A stretch of DNA of 52,850 nucleotides from a virus (lineage: Duplodnaviria; Caudoviricetes), in the IMG/VR virus record IMGVR_UViG_3300037440_000319, positions 1 through 52,850 of that record; one strand, given 5' to 3'. The position numbers and the translations under genes are program-made. The first letter of the stretch is position 1. Each line of letters begins with the position of its first letter. Below, piece after piece: positions 9,955-18,519 of this stretch. The notes under the pieces are model-generated. The model saw nothing but the letters and a program-made list of their open reading frames with translations, searched no databases and was not told the DNA's origin.

Positions 9955-10507
9955 CTACTGGGATCGCCGCTACCGGAAGGGCCGGACCTCCGGCGCCGGT
10001 AGTGAGGGCGCTGCGGCGGAGGCGAAGGCGGCCTATGTGAATGCCCTGATCGCCAGAGAGGGCGTCGGGTCGGTGGTGGACTGGGGCTGCGGAGACGGCA
10101 CTGTCCTCGGTCTCCTTGACCCCGCGGTGAAGTACACCGGGCTGGACGTGTCCCGGCACGTGATCCAGCGGCACCGGAGAAGCGGCCGGGGCCGGTTCCT
10201 GCTGCTCCACCGCGGGAACCGCCCGAATGTTCGGGCTGACCTCGCGCTGTCGCTCGACGTGTTGTTCCACCTCGTGGACGACCGCGACTACGAGGAGCAC
10301 CTGGCGAACCTGTTCACCAGTGGGACGCGGCTCGCCCTCGTGCACTCCGCCGACTACGACGGGGGACACACGACGCGGCACGTCCGCTGGCGCCACTGGA
10401 CCGGCGATGTGCGACTACGGTTTCCCCAGTGGCACCTGCGGGAGCATCCAGAGGACCCGCAGATCATCGGGTTCTACCTGTACGAGAGGAACGAAGGGAA
10501 GCGATGA
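9938..10507 (+). CDS. Class I SAM-dependent methyltransferase
   Basis: YWDRRY..G.TSGAGS, DWGCGDG, GLDVS, SLDVLFHL; RBS ggagg before GTG 9938. Confidence 0.85.
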   Translation: MFDAASYWDRRYRKGRTSGAGSEGAAAEAKAAYVNALIAREGVGSVVDWGCGDGTVLGLLDPAVKYTGLDVSRHVIQRHRRSGRGRFLLLHRGNRPNVRADLALSLDVLFHLVDDRDYEEHLANLFTSGTRLALVHSADYDGGHTTRHVRWRHWTGDVRLRFPQWHLREHPEDPQIIGFYLYERNEGKR

Positions 10508-11487
10508 CAGTGGCTAACCTGCAACGACTTCGCACCGCACCTGGCCTGACGGAAGAGCCGTACTGCGTCCACCTCGCCGAGCTGGCCCAGGACGTGCCGG
10601 GCTCGCAGGCGATCGTCGAGATCGGCGTGTTCAAGGGCCGGACGCTCTGCTACCTCGCGTATGGGGCCAGGCACGGAAACGAGCCGATGGTGTACGGGAT
10701 CGACCCGTGGGATCTTCCCGGTGAGCGCCCTCCGTCGCGGCTGCGGTTCACTGCGTCAGCGACTCGCCGCGCTGCCGAGCAGACTGTCCGCCAGCAGGGT
10801 ATGCGGGCACACGTGACCCTGATTAGGGGGTTCTCTACCGAGGTCGCCAAAACCTGGCCCGGCCCCTCTGTGGGGCTGCTGCACGTCGACGGGGCTCACG
10901 ACTACGACGCGGTGGTCGCCGACGTTCGGGCGTGGGGGCCGCACCTCGCAGGCGAGGCGGTGATCGTGTTCGACGACTACGGCAACGACAAGAACCCCGA
11001 CGTGAAGCAGGCCGTGGACGACCTGGTGACCGAGGGTGTCCTGGAGCTCACCGAGGTCGTCGGAGACTGGCAGGCAGTCGCCAAGCTGGCAGAGGGCTAC
11101 ACGCTCGGAGACGAGCCCGCTGCTGACGTTGAGCGGGTGGGCGAGCCGGAGCAGTCGGTTGATCTCATCCCGGCAGAGGTCGCCCTGGAGGCGGAACCGC
11201 TGGAAGGGGCGCAGCCCGAGCCCTCCGCGGAGGAGCCGAAGATCCTAGATGATCACCCAGGCCGCCAGATCGTCCCCGAGCCCGACGAGTCCATCCAGGC
11301 AATGCAGGCCCACGATGAGGCCAAGCAGCCGCAGATCGAGCCGCCGCCTCACAGCGGAGCGGGGTCTGGCACAGAGGCGTGGCGGGCCTATGCGCATGAG
11401 GTCACGGACCTCGACGGGACAGTCCTCGCCGAGATGAACCGGGCCGAGATCATCGCCATCCTGGAGGAGAGGAACATCCCCACGTGA
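10504..11487 (+). CDS. SAM-dependent methyltransferase (Methyltransf_24-like) with acidic linker and small C-terminal helical domain
   Basis: VEIGVFKGRT, GIDPW, LLHVDGAHDY, VFDDY. Confidence 0.85.
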   Translation: MTVANLQRLRTAPGLTEEPYCVHLAELAQDVPGSQAIVEIGVFKGRTLCYLAYGARHGNEPMVYGIDPWDLPGERPPSRLRFTASATRRAAEQTVRQQGMRAHVTLIRGFSTEVAKTWPGPSVGLLHVDGAHDYDAVVADVRAWGPHLAGEAVIVFDDYGNDKNPDVKQAVDDLVTEGVLELTEVVGDWQAVAKLAEGYTLGDEPAADVERVGEPEQSVDLIPAEVALEAEPLEGAQPEPSAEEPKILDDHPGRQIVPEPDESIQAMQAHDEAKQPQIEPPPHSGAGSGTEAWRAYAHEVTDLDGTVLAEMNRAEIIAILEERNIPT

Positions 11488-12197
11488 CCAGCCTCTCGGC
11501 GGCGATCATGGCGCACCCCTCGCGGGCGCGGTACGTCGACGAACTGCTCGGGATGCTCGACCGGGAGATCCCGGTGTCCTGGGACATCGACGGCCCGCCC
11601 TCGGGGGACAAGGCGAAGCGGTGGGCTGTCGGCTCGGCGGCGTGGCGCATGGCCGACGCCGACTGGCACCTGGTGCTGCAGGACGACGTGACCGTCTGCC
11701 TGGACTTCCTGGTCGGTCTTGAGAAGGCGCTGGATCACGTGCCGGACAGCATCGGGATCGTGCAGCCCTACGTGGGTAAGAGCAGGCCGCTGGGCCAGCA
11801 CTTCGTGCAGCTAGCTCGGTCGGCGGATCAGGTCGGGGCGAACTGGATCCAGCACCGGTCGATGTGCTGGGGGGTGGCGATCTGTGTCCGCTCGGAGACC
11901 ATCGAGGAGATGCTCGGCTGGTGCGACGAGCGGAAGACGCTGACCTACGACTCGCGGGTGGGCCGCTACTACCGGGACGCGCTCGGGCAGGAGACCCGGT
12001 ACACGTGGCCGTCCCTGGTAGACCACCGCAACATACCGAGCCTGGTCGGGCACGGCATGGGGCGCACCGCGCACAAGCCGTACACCGGCAGTGCGCTGGA
12101 GCTGTCCTGGGACGGGCCGGTGATCCGCAACCGGGTGCCGCTCTCGCCGAGGCGACCGCGCACGGCGCGGCAGGTGCGGCCCATCGTGCGCGGCTAG
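11484..12197 (+). CDS. Glycosyltransferase (paralog of 9250-9954)
   Basis: IMAHPSR, LQDD, WGVAICV, WPSLVDHR. Confidence 0.75.
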   Translation: MTSLSAAIMAHPSRARYVDELLGMLDREIPVSWDIDGPPSGDKAKRWAVGSAAWRMADADWHLVLQDDVTVCLDFLVGLEKALDHVPDSIGIVQPYVGKSRPLGQHFVQLARSADQVGANWIQHRSMCWGVAICVRSETIEEMLGWCDERKTLTYDSRVGRYYRDALGQETRYTWPSLVDHRNIPSLVGHGMGRTAHKPYTGSALELSWDGPVIRNRVPLSPRRPRTARQVRPIVRG

Positions 12198-12745
12198 AAC
12201 CCGAGCTGGCTCAGCAGGTCGACGTCCGCGGGTAGCGCCAGCTCATCGAGCACCGGGTAGACCCGGATGATCGCGCCGCTTCGCCCGTCCAGGCGAGCCG
12301 CCAGCTTGTGGTCGACGTACACCTTGAGCTGCTGCCCGCCGACGACGGACGAGTCGTCCTCCCATACCTTCCCGGCTGAGGTGATCGCGTCCAGGGTGGA
12401 GCGCAGCAGCTTGTCGACGTCGTTCTTGCGCTTCGTGATCGGGAAGCCGGGCGCGTCTGCCCTGAGCACCGGCTCGGGTCGGCTGCGGTTCGCGGGCAGG
12501 AAATGGTTCTGCGGGCGGTAGAACGCGAACACCGCGTAGACCACGACTGGCCCCTCAATGCGCTCCCGAGTCCACTGTTCCTCGAACGCCTTACGCACGT
12601 CGGTGCGCCACGGCTCGACCGCCTCGCTGGACTCCACCATCGCGACCTTGCCGGTGAACTGCTTCGCTGCGCCGCGGCCTTTGTAGATCGGGCGGCCGTG
12701 CTTGCTTCCCTGCGGGGCCGGGTGACCCGGCACTACGATCTCCAC
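12194..12745 (-). CDS. rusA: RusA-like Holliday junction resolvase
   Basis: PAPQGSK, DVDKLLRSTLDAIT, WEDDSSVV; RBS ggagg before GTG 12745. Confidence 0.88.
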   Translation of the reverse strand: MEIVVPGHPAPQGSKHGRPIYKGRGAAKQFTGKVAMVESSEAVEPWRTDVRKAFEEQWTRERIEGPVVVYAVFAFYRPQNHFLPANRSRPEPVLRADAPGFPITKRKNDVDKLLRSTLDAITSAGKVWEDDSSVVGGQQLKVYVDHKLAARLDGRSGAIIRVYPVLDELALPADVDLLSQLGF

Positions 12746-12883
12746 TTCGCTTCCTCCCCCGCAGCCCTGAGAGCGATTCTCCGGGCCGCGGACTCGTCCG
12801 TGTGTGATTCCATGCAGGAGACGCTGAACGCGCCTGCTGCCCGGCAAAGCTCGCCGGAACGACCGCGATCCGCGCCGGTCGCC

Positions 12884-13240
12884 TCAGATGCTGCGCATGA
12901 TGCGCTGGAACTTCCGGCTGAACTCGGCCTTGCCCTCCTCGGTCGTGTTGTCGCACTCGACGACGTAGTTGGCGATCTTCTTGAGCTTCCACGGCGGCTC
13001 GATCCCCGGCATGTGGACCAGGACGATCGGCTTGTTCAGCAGGATCGCGAAGCCGATCTCAATTGCCTGCTTCGGCTCGTGCGTCCCCGAGTACAGGATC
13101 ATCGACGCCCGGCTGCGCTCCATCTGTGACACGCTCTCGGCCAGGATCTTCCCGGACCACTCCTCCCAGTCCGGCCTGCCGGTGAGATCACGTAGGTCCA
13201 TCAGTTCCCCTTCAAGAACGAGATCAGGCTCCGCCACCAC
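12884..13240 (-). CDS. Hypothetical protein, weak nucleoside 2-deoxyribosyltransferase-like motif
   Basis: AIEIGFAILLNKPIV resembles the NDT-family E.G.A...KP motif. Confidence 0.5.
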   Translation of the reverse strand: MVAEPDLVLEGELMDLRDLTGRPDWEEWSGKILAESVSQMERSRASMILYSGTHEPKQAIEIGFAILLNKPIVLVHMPGIEPPWKLKKIANYVVECDNTTEEGKAEFSRKFQRIMRSI

Positions 13241-13398
13241 GACGGCTGCGACAGCGGGCGGAGCGACGACAGGCCGTACCGGGCCCTCAGTTGAGACCGC
13301 AGCATGAGCTGCCGGTTCCGGTCGTGGATCTTCCGGTAGTGCGCCAGCAGATACTCGTCAGGCATCGGTGGCCCGAACGGGTGCGGTGTGCTCACCAC
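13201..13398 (-). CDS. Hypothetical protein
   Basis: Fills the gap in a tightly packed minus-strand operon. Confidence 0.4.
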   Translation of the reverse strand: MVSTPHPFGPPMPDEYLLAHYRKIHDRNRQLMLRSQLRARYGLSSLRPLSQPSWWRSLISFLKGN

Positions 13399-13615
13399 GA
13401 TCCTCCTTGATCCATCGAATCAGATTCCGCACGTACACGAACGTCAGCGCGGCAGCCATCGGTGCTAGGCCCCATAGCTCGAACAGGATGATGAACCACC
13501 ACCAGCCGACCTGCCCGCCCACGGCGAGCCACCAGCCGAGCACCTTGCGGTTCCCGACGAGCCACATGAGCGCGATCGTGTTCGCCGACAGCGCCAGCGG
13601 GAGAAGCTGCCTCAT
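13358..13615 (-). CDS. Small membrane protein, PnuC-like
   Basis: Three hydrophobic helices; WLVGNRKVLGW, GQVGW pattern. Confidence 0.6.
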   Translation of the reverse strand: MRQLLPLALSANTIALMWLVGNRKVLGWWLAVGGQVGWWWFIILFELWGLAPMAAALTFVYVRNLIRWIKEDRGEHTAPVRATDA

Positions 13616-13893
13616 CAGACGTCCCGCCGCTCACCTAGCACCCGGCCGGTCCACTCGTACACAGACTCGCCGGGACGCCTCGGCGGCGCCTCATCAAGAT
13701 CGTCCGGGTCGAACCGCAGCATCTCGGCCGCAGTCGCCTTCGCTACCCGGTCGCCGTCATAGCGAACGAACACGTAGCCGGGGTGCTCAAAGGCTGGGCG
13801 CACCTCCGTGATCATGCCGCGCTCAGGCGGTGCGCCGGGCGGCTCGTACACCACCCGGCGACCGATGCCCTCGCGGGCCTCCTCGATATTCAC
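13615..13893 (-). CDS. Hypothetical protein
   Basis: GTGA-coupled start; IGRRVVYEP...VFVRY..D..AKAT. Confidence 0.65.
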   Translation of the reverse strand: MNIEEAREGIGRRVVYEPPGAPPERGMITEVRPAFEHPGYVFVRYDGDRVAKATAAEMLRFDPDDLDEAPPRRPGESVYEWTGRVLGERRDV

Positions 13894-14387
13894 GACACCC
13901 CCGCCGCAGACTTGAGCGTCAGCGGGCGGCACGAGCAGCCGACCTTGAGCCCCTGCTCAGTGGCATAGTGCTCGGCATCCCGCAGAGTCGAGGCCCAGTG
14001 CCACGGCACGCACACGTCCATGTTGGCGTGCTTGCAGCCGCGTCGATGCAGTGCCTTGGTCGGCTCGTTGAGCACCCAAAATGTCTCCGGTATCTCGGGG
14101 ACGTAGCTCTCCGGCTCAACGTAGCTGAGCTGCACTGTCGGGTCTGGGTCCTCGCCGGGCGACAGGAACCGTTCCCACAGCCGCTCGTACCAGCCCCGGA
14201 CACGGCTACCGATCCTCTTTCTGGCCCGGTAGTCCCGCAGCCAGTCCCACCCGTCTCTTACCGCGGCCCACACGGTCTCCCACGACCACAGGATCAGGTC
14301 GTAGATGCCGCAGCCGACGACGATCGCAGCGACGATCTGCCACCACGTGGGCCAGTCGATCGCCAGGTCAACGAACTCCTGCTCCAT
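13890..14387 (-). CDS. Membrane protein with C-terminal Cys/His motif
   Basis: N-terminal TM segment; HRRGC...CSC. Confidence 0.6.
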   Translation of the reverse strand: MEQEFVDLAIDWPTWWQIVAAIVVGCGIYDLILWSWETVWAAVRDGWDWLRDYRARKRIGSRVRGWYERLWERFLSPGEDPDPTVQLSYVEPESYVPEIPETFWVLNEPTKALHRRGCKHANMDVCVPWHWASTLRDAEHYATEQGLKVGCSCRPLTLKSAAGVS

Positions 14388-14389
14388 CG

Positions 14390-14761
14390 CTACCTCCACT
14401 CGGTTCGGTAGACGGAGCCTGTCGCCAACTCGACGAGCTTGACAAACTCATCGAACGAATCGCCGGGGTGGATGCAGACCTGCGGCTCTACCCAGCGTGA
14501 CCGCAGCCACGGTTCCAGGTTGGCGTTAATGCCTTTCACCGACGCCTCAACGTCGAGATCGGCGGGAGTCCACAGGTTGCCGTCGTAGGCGACCTTGAGC
14601 AGCTCGTACCGCGGAACGCCGCGGTGCTCAGCCCACTCGTAGGGGTCGCCCGCGTTGTCCTGATACGGGGAGTCGTCCCAGTCGTCGCCCCACTGGTCCG
14701 TGAACGGGTCGCGGGTCGTGAACCACGCCCACGGCCCGTCCACGTAGCACAGCCGGAACAT
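14390..14761 (-). CDS. Hypothetical phage protein
   Basis: LCYVDGPWAWFTT...QWGDDWDD.PY..NAG.PY; packed operon. Confidence 0.7.
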   Translation of the reverse strand: MFRLCYVDGPWAWFTTRDPFTDQWGDDWDDSPYQDNAGDPYEWAEHRGVPRYELLKVAYDGNLWTPADLDVEASVKGINANLEPWLRSRWVEPQVCIHPGDSFDEFVKLVELATGSVYRTEWR

Positions 14762-14762
14762 G

Positions 14763-15203
14763 TCAGCCCTTGATCTCGGGGCGGAAGTCCCGCGCCGACT
14801 TCGGCGTGCTGAGCGCGAGCTGAGACGCCTGCTTGACGGCCTCCAGTACCCGCCGCGCCTTGACCGCAGCGTCCTCAGCCTGCTCGACCTGCCGCCGCGC
14901 CGCGTCCCGCACGTCGTCGAAGAACGTCTCCACTTCCGCGGGAGTAGCGACGAACAGGTTCAGCTCCGAGTCGTCGGCGAACACCTCGATCTTCGGGGTG
15001 GCCGTGTTGTAGCCGGTCTGAAACTCCAGCGCGGTGAGCGCGGCCCGCTCGCCGTTGGACACGACGTCCTGCACGATGCCGATCTTGATCTCGTACGTCT
15101 CGCTGTAGTCCTTCTTGACCAGCCGCTTGTACACGTCGCCCGGCGCCAGCTCGACGACCCGAACCACCTGCGCGCTGTCCTTGATCAGCGTCTCGGTCCT
15201 CAT
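14763..15203 (-). CDS. Hypothetical protein with C-terminal coiled coil
   Basis: Strong purine-rich RBS aggaaggaaggaag; first gene after the 15416 promoter. Confidence 0.75.
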   Translation of the reverse strand: MRTETLIKDSAQVVRVVELAPGDVYKRLVKKDYSETYEIKIGIVQDVVSNGERAALTALEFQTGYNTATPKIEVFADDSELNLFVATPAEVETFFDDVRDAARRQVEQAEDAAVKARRVLEAVKQASQLALSTPKSARDFRPEIKG

Positions 15204-15227
15204 CAGCTTCCTTCCTTCCTGTTTCGC

Positions 15228-15361
15228 CCCGGCCTATCCGGGTACGTGGAGTGGGGACCGCCTGCGGAGCTAGGCGAGTCACTGCGAGCGGTCCCCTGGG
15301 CGAGCGGCTCCGGGGAGAGCCCCCACCCGTCGCGCAGTCGGGTCGATCTGCGAGCGCACCC
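15228..15361 (-). ncRNA. Candidate structured RNA / 5' leader (multi-stem junction)
   Basis: Closing stem GGGUGCG/CGUACCC encloses hairpins CGCAG/CUGCG, GGGUGGG-GGCUC/GAGCC-CUCGCCC and GGGGACCGC/GCGGUCCCC; lies between a promoter and an RBS. Confidence 0.45.
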
Positions 15362-15370
15362 GCTGCCTTT

Positions 15371-15416
15371 CCTTTCCTGACTCTTCCAAAGTAGCGAGGG
15401 CACCGGCTGCTGTAAA
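15371..15416 (-). promoter_or_regulatory. Sigma70-type promoter TTTACA-17-TACTTT plus GGAAGAGTCAGGAAA
   Basis: Exact 17-bp spacer; same hexamers as the promoter at 30922. Confidence 0.78.
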
Positions 15417-15446
15417 CCACCCCGGGCCGGTGCCCTCGATCTTGGG

Positions 15447-15650
15447 TTACACGGTCACGAGCTTGGGGTCGAACTCGCCAGCGCGAACGCCAGCGGTGAA
15501 CGCCTCCCACTCCTCGTGCGTGTACCGCAGCACCGGCGAGTCGTCACCGAGCTTGCTATCGCGAACCTCCACGCCTCGCGGCGTGTCGCGAACCTCCACG
15601 CACTGCGGCTTATCGGCTGCGCAGAACGAGCTTCTGATCCACTGTTCCAT
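15447..15650 (-). CDS. DUF397 family protein
   Basis: WIRSSFC...CVEV...VRDSK...L.YT..EW.AF..GVRAGEFD. Confidence 0.9.
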   Translation of the reverse strand: MEQWIRSSFCAADKPQCVEVRDTPRGVEVRDSKLGDDSPVLRYTHEEWEAFTAGVRAGEFDPKLVTV

Positions 15651-15665
15651 CTCTCTCCCCTCCCT

Positions 15666-16028
15666 TCACACTCCGAGGATTATGTCCCCGGTCGACTGTA
15701 GGGTCACCCACTCGATGCCCCACCTCTTAACCGGAACCTGGTCCGGGACCTGCCCCGACAGCCGGGAGATCAGATACCCGAGCGTGGTCGCCTGCTCCCG
15801 GTTCTGCTCGACCCAGCCGTGACACCCGTCAACACCGGAGCCGCACAGCAGCAGCAGATTCGCGGGGCTACCGAGTAGCCTGCTACTCGACCCGCCCATG
15901 CCCCGCGGTATCCGGTGGTGGACCGAGTAGCCGCCCTGCCCGCGGTGCAGCATCCGCTGGCAGCGGAAGCACCTCGACAGGTCGCGCTCCCACACCAGGT
16001 CCAAGGTTGCCTTCGTCGGCCTAGCCAC
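15666..16028 (-). CDS. HNH endonuclease
   Basis: RD..RCFRC, HHRIPRGMGG, NLLLLCGSG..GCHGWVE. Confidence 0.85.
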   Translation of the reverse strand: MARPTKATLDLVWERDLSRCFRCQRMLHRGQGGYSVHHRIPRGMGGSSSRLLGSPANLLLLCGSGVDGCHGWVEQNREQATTLGYLISRLSGQVPDQVPVKRWGIEWVTLQSTGDIILGV

Positions 16029-16506
16029 CGCTGTCCCCGATCTCGATGAGACCGTACAGGCGATAGTCCGAATAACCTGCCCTGCGGCACGCCAGCAATT
16101 CGATCTCACCGTCTCGCGGAGTGGCGTGGACGTCACCGTCCCAGTCGATCTTTAGAATCGGGCCGCCGTCGTGCCCGGCGACTACGTATCCGGCGAACTC
16201 GACCCGCTGCTCACCGGCTCTCGCGATCTCTGCGGTTCGCTGCGACATAGCCTCGACCGCCGGTATCGGAGTTACGGAGATCATCTGCGAGCTACCGCGA
16301 GTGGACACCTGAGTCGAGACCGAGAGCCGCCACAGCTCCGTGTCGAACTTGCAGCCGCAGGCAAGGTCGAACATCGAGACGTGCCCGGACTGCTGGATCC
16401 GCCCCGCTTCGATCTGTAGCCGCTCTCCCTGGCCGTTGATCCATAGCCAGATCTCCGCTGCATCGGAGACCGCGCCGCAGCGCGGACACTCCACCCGCCC
16501 GATCAC
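16021..16506 (-). CDS. Hypothetical protein with Cys motifs
   Basis: CPRC and CGC; overlaps coupled to neighbouring genes. Confidence 0.55.
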   Translation of the reverse strand: MIGRVECPRCGAVSDAAEIWLWINGQGERLQIEAGRIQQSGHVSMFDLACGCKFDTELWRLSVSTQVSTRGSSQMISVTPIPAVEAMSQRTAEIARAGEQRVEFAGYVVAGHDGGPILKIDWDGDVHATPRDGEIELLACRRAGYSDYRLYGLIEIGDSGG

Positions 16507-16688
16507 GCGGGCTCACCGCACTGGTCGTGCTGGGCCCGCCAGCTAGCGGCTACGAGCGAGATCCCCCGGTGGTGGCTCGACCAGGAATGAAGCTCGGCGT
16601 CGCAGTGGCGGCAGTGGGCATGGAACGAGTACGCGAACCTACGGTCGTTGAGCCAGTACCCGACTCTCTTGAGAACCTGTCTCATCAT
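16503..16688 (-). CDS. Small hypothetical protein (CxxC)
   Basis: ATGA-coupled start; HCRHC. Confidence 0.5.
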   Translation of the reverse strand: MMRQVLKRVGYWLNDRRFAYSFHAHCRHCDAELHSWSSHHRGISLVAASWRAQHDQCGEPA

Positions 16689-17083
16689 CGGCTCCACTCC
16701 GGCTGCGCCTGCCCGGCCAGCCCCATCGAGATCTGCACACTCCGGGACAGGGACATCACCAGCATCGACTGATCCCGAAGCGTCCGCAGGTGATCCGCCG
16801 CCGCCTCCCGCTTCACCACCGCGATGTTGTAGACGTGCTCCTCCCCCTCGCAGCGCAGATCCACCCAGGCATCCCGCACCGCCGTCGTCACTGACTCGAC
16901 ACCCCTGCCAGTGCGCGGACAGTCCGGCGACAACAGCGTGCGCCGACGCTTCGCCTCCCACACATGCTTGGCCTCCACCTCGTCGTCGCGGGCATCCGCG
17001 AGCATCCTCTGTGCCCGAGCCAGCTCGGTCACGAGTTCGCGCATCTTCTGCTCGGTGTGGACCAGCGTCAGTTGCTCAGTCAT
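16685..17083 (-). CDS. Helical coiled-coil protein, possible recombination accessory factor
   Basis: All-helical; lies in the ERF operon. Confidence 0.65.
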   Translation of the reverse strand: MTEQLTLVHTEQKMRELVTELARAQRMLADARDDEVEAKHVWEAKRRRTLLSPDCPRTGRGVESVTTAVRDAWVDLRCEGEEHVYNIAVVKREAAADHLRTLRDQSMLVMSLSRSVQISMGLAGQAQPEWSR

Positions 17084-17423
17084 CCTCAACCACCCCGTCC
17101 TCTACGAACCACTGAGCCCACTCCGGGGTATCTCGCCAGAACGGGCCCTGCTCCGGCCACACCAGTACATCAATATCCGCAGTCACATGGCCGCTACCAG
17201 ACGGGTCAGTGATCTCCCCGGAGCGGATACGGTCTCGCACCCATACGCTGCCGGGCATCGCTACCTGCCAGACCACCTCATCGACTCGCCAGTGGAACTG
17301 GCCCTTGAACGGGCTCCACTCTGGCGGCGCATAACCGATCAGGTCACCACGTAGGGGACGCTGGTCCGCGTGGATCTCCCCGAGATGTACGTCTCCGATG
17401 CGGCAGTACAGGCGCCAGATCAC
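17076..17423 (-). CDS. Hypothetical protein
   Basis: Coupled overlaps at both ends. Confidence 0.6.
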   Translation of the reverse strand: MIWRLYCRIGDVHLGEIHADQRPLRGDLIGYAPPEWSPFKGQFHWRVDEVVWQVAMPGSVWVRDRIRSGEITDPSGSGHVTADIDVLVWPEQGPFWRDTPEWAQWFVEDGVVEDD

Positions 17424-18142
17424 GACTCCACCTCCGGCAGCCCCTCGATCTTCGGTAGCCGGTTCTCACGCCACGCCCGAGCGATTGCCTCCCGGCCCGC
17501 TCCGCTGCTCGGCTTGTACAGCATCCGAAACCTCGTCGGCTCACCAGCGGGCTCATACTCCACGCCGGGCACGATCTCTCCCGTCTCCGGCTCCAGCATC
17601 CGCTGCGGCGGCTCGTCGGTGCCCTCAACGATGCTGTCTGGGTCGCGCTCCACGAACCACAGGGAAGCCAACAGAGCCTCCTCGTACGAGCGGGACACGC
17701 GAGGCTCCGGCTTCTCGTTCGGGTCGATACCGATCATCCACAGCACCTTGTCAGCCAGATCACTGACCCACTGCTCCTCGTCGTAGATCAGTTGCCGGAC
17801 ATCCGCCTGCGGAGCTAGGAACTCGCGAATGGCATTAGTCACGCGATCGTGCTGGGACGGGTCCTGCGTGACCATCTCTGGTGCCCGCTTCCGCACCCAC
17901 TCCGTGAACGCCGCCCGATCCGAGACGATCACCTTGCGACTCGGATCCTCCAGCGTGATCTGCGCCACCTTGTGCCCGTCCGGGAGCTGCACGTCGACCG
18001 ACTTCAACGGAACGCCCGACCGGCGAGCCTCCAGCAGCCGGTCGAGCACCTGGCCGCGGGCGTGCTGGTACTCGCCGTCGATCACGTCGCGGAGCGCGCC
18101 GAGCACCGCCGCCCGCAGCGTCTCCTGCCGCAGATCACCCAT
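17420..18142 (-). CDS. Hypothetical protein of the recombination module
   Basis: Strong RBS; ETGEIVPGVE motif common in actinophage recombination-region proteins. Confidence 0.7.
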   Translation of the reverse strand: MGDLRQETLRAAVLGALRDVIDGEYQHARGQVLDRLLEARRSGVPLKSVDVQLPDGHKVAQITLEDPSRKVIVSDRAAFTEWVRKRAPEMVTQDPSQHDRVTNAIREFLAPQADVRQLIYDEEQWVSDLADKVLWMIGIDPNEKPEPRVSRSYEEALLASLWFVERDPDSIVEGTDEPPQRMLEPETGEIVPGVEYEPAGEPTRFRMLYKPSSGAGREAIARAWRENRLPKIEGLPEVES

Positions 18143-18168
18143 CGTTGCTTCCTTCCTTCCTCGCTTAC

Positions 18169-18519
18169 TTACTTGGGCCCGAACTCCACCTCGGCCTGGC
18201 GCCGGGCAGCCTCCACCTGGTCCATCAACGCCCGCGCCGCGGGGCCGGGGTCGTCGAAGAACAGGTGCCAGTACTCCGGGTGGTGATCTCGCACGTGGGC
18301 GGGCACCTCGATCACGACCTGCCGCACGTCACGGGGCAAGCTGTGGTACTCGCCAGTAGCCACCGCCGCGTACAGCAGGCGACGAATGTCTCGGAAGTGC
18401 CCACACGCCTGAGACAGCGCGCGGCCCTCGCAGCGGGCGTCGATAGAGGCCAGGAACTCATTCGCGTACTGCGCCCACGCGTCACCGAGGCGTCGGGCGA
18501 TCTCACTCGGTGCGGTCAT
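18169..18519 (-). CDS. Hypothetical protein
   Basis: Packed in operon downstream of ERF. Confidence 0.6.
   Translation of the reverse strand: MTAPSEIARRLGDAWAQYANEFLASIDARCEGRALSQACGHFRDIRRLLYAAVATGEYHSLPRDVRQVVIEVPAHVRDHHPEYWHLFFDDPGPAARALMDQVEAARRQAEVEFGPK

Noticed and set aside
15228-15361. tRNA gene
   Set aside because: Multi-stem fold but no TTC T-loop, D-loop or proper anticodon arm; kept only as a candidate structured RNA
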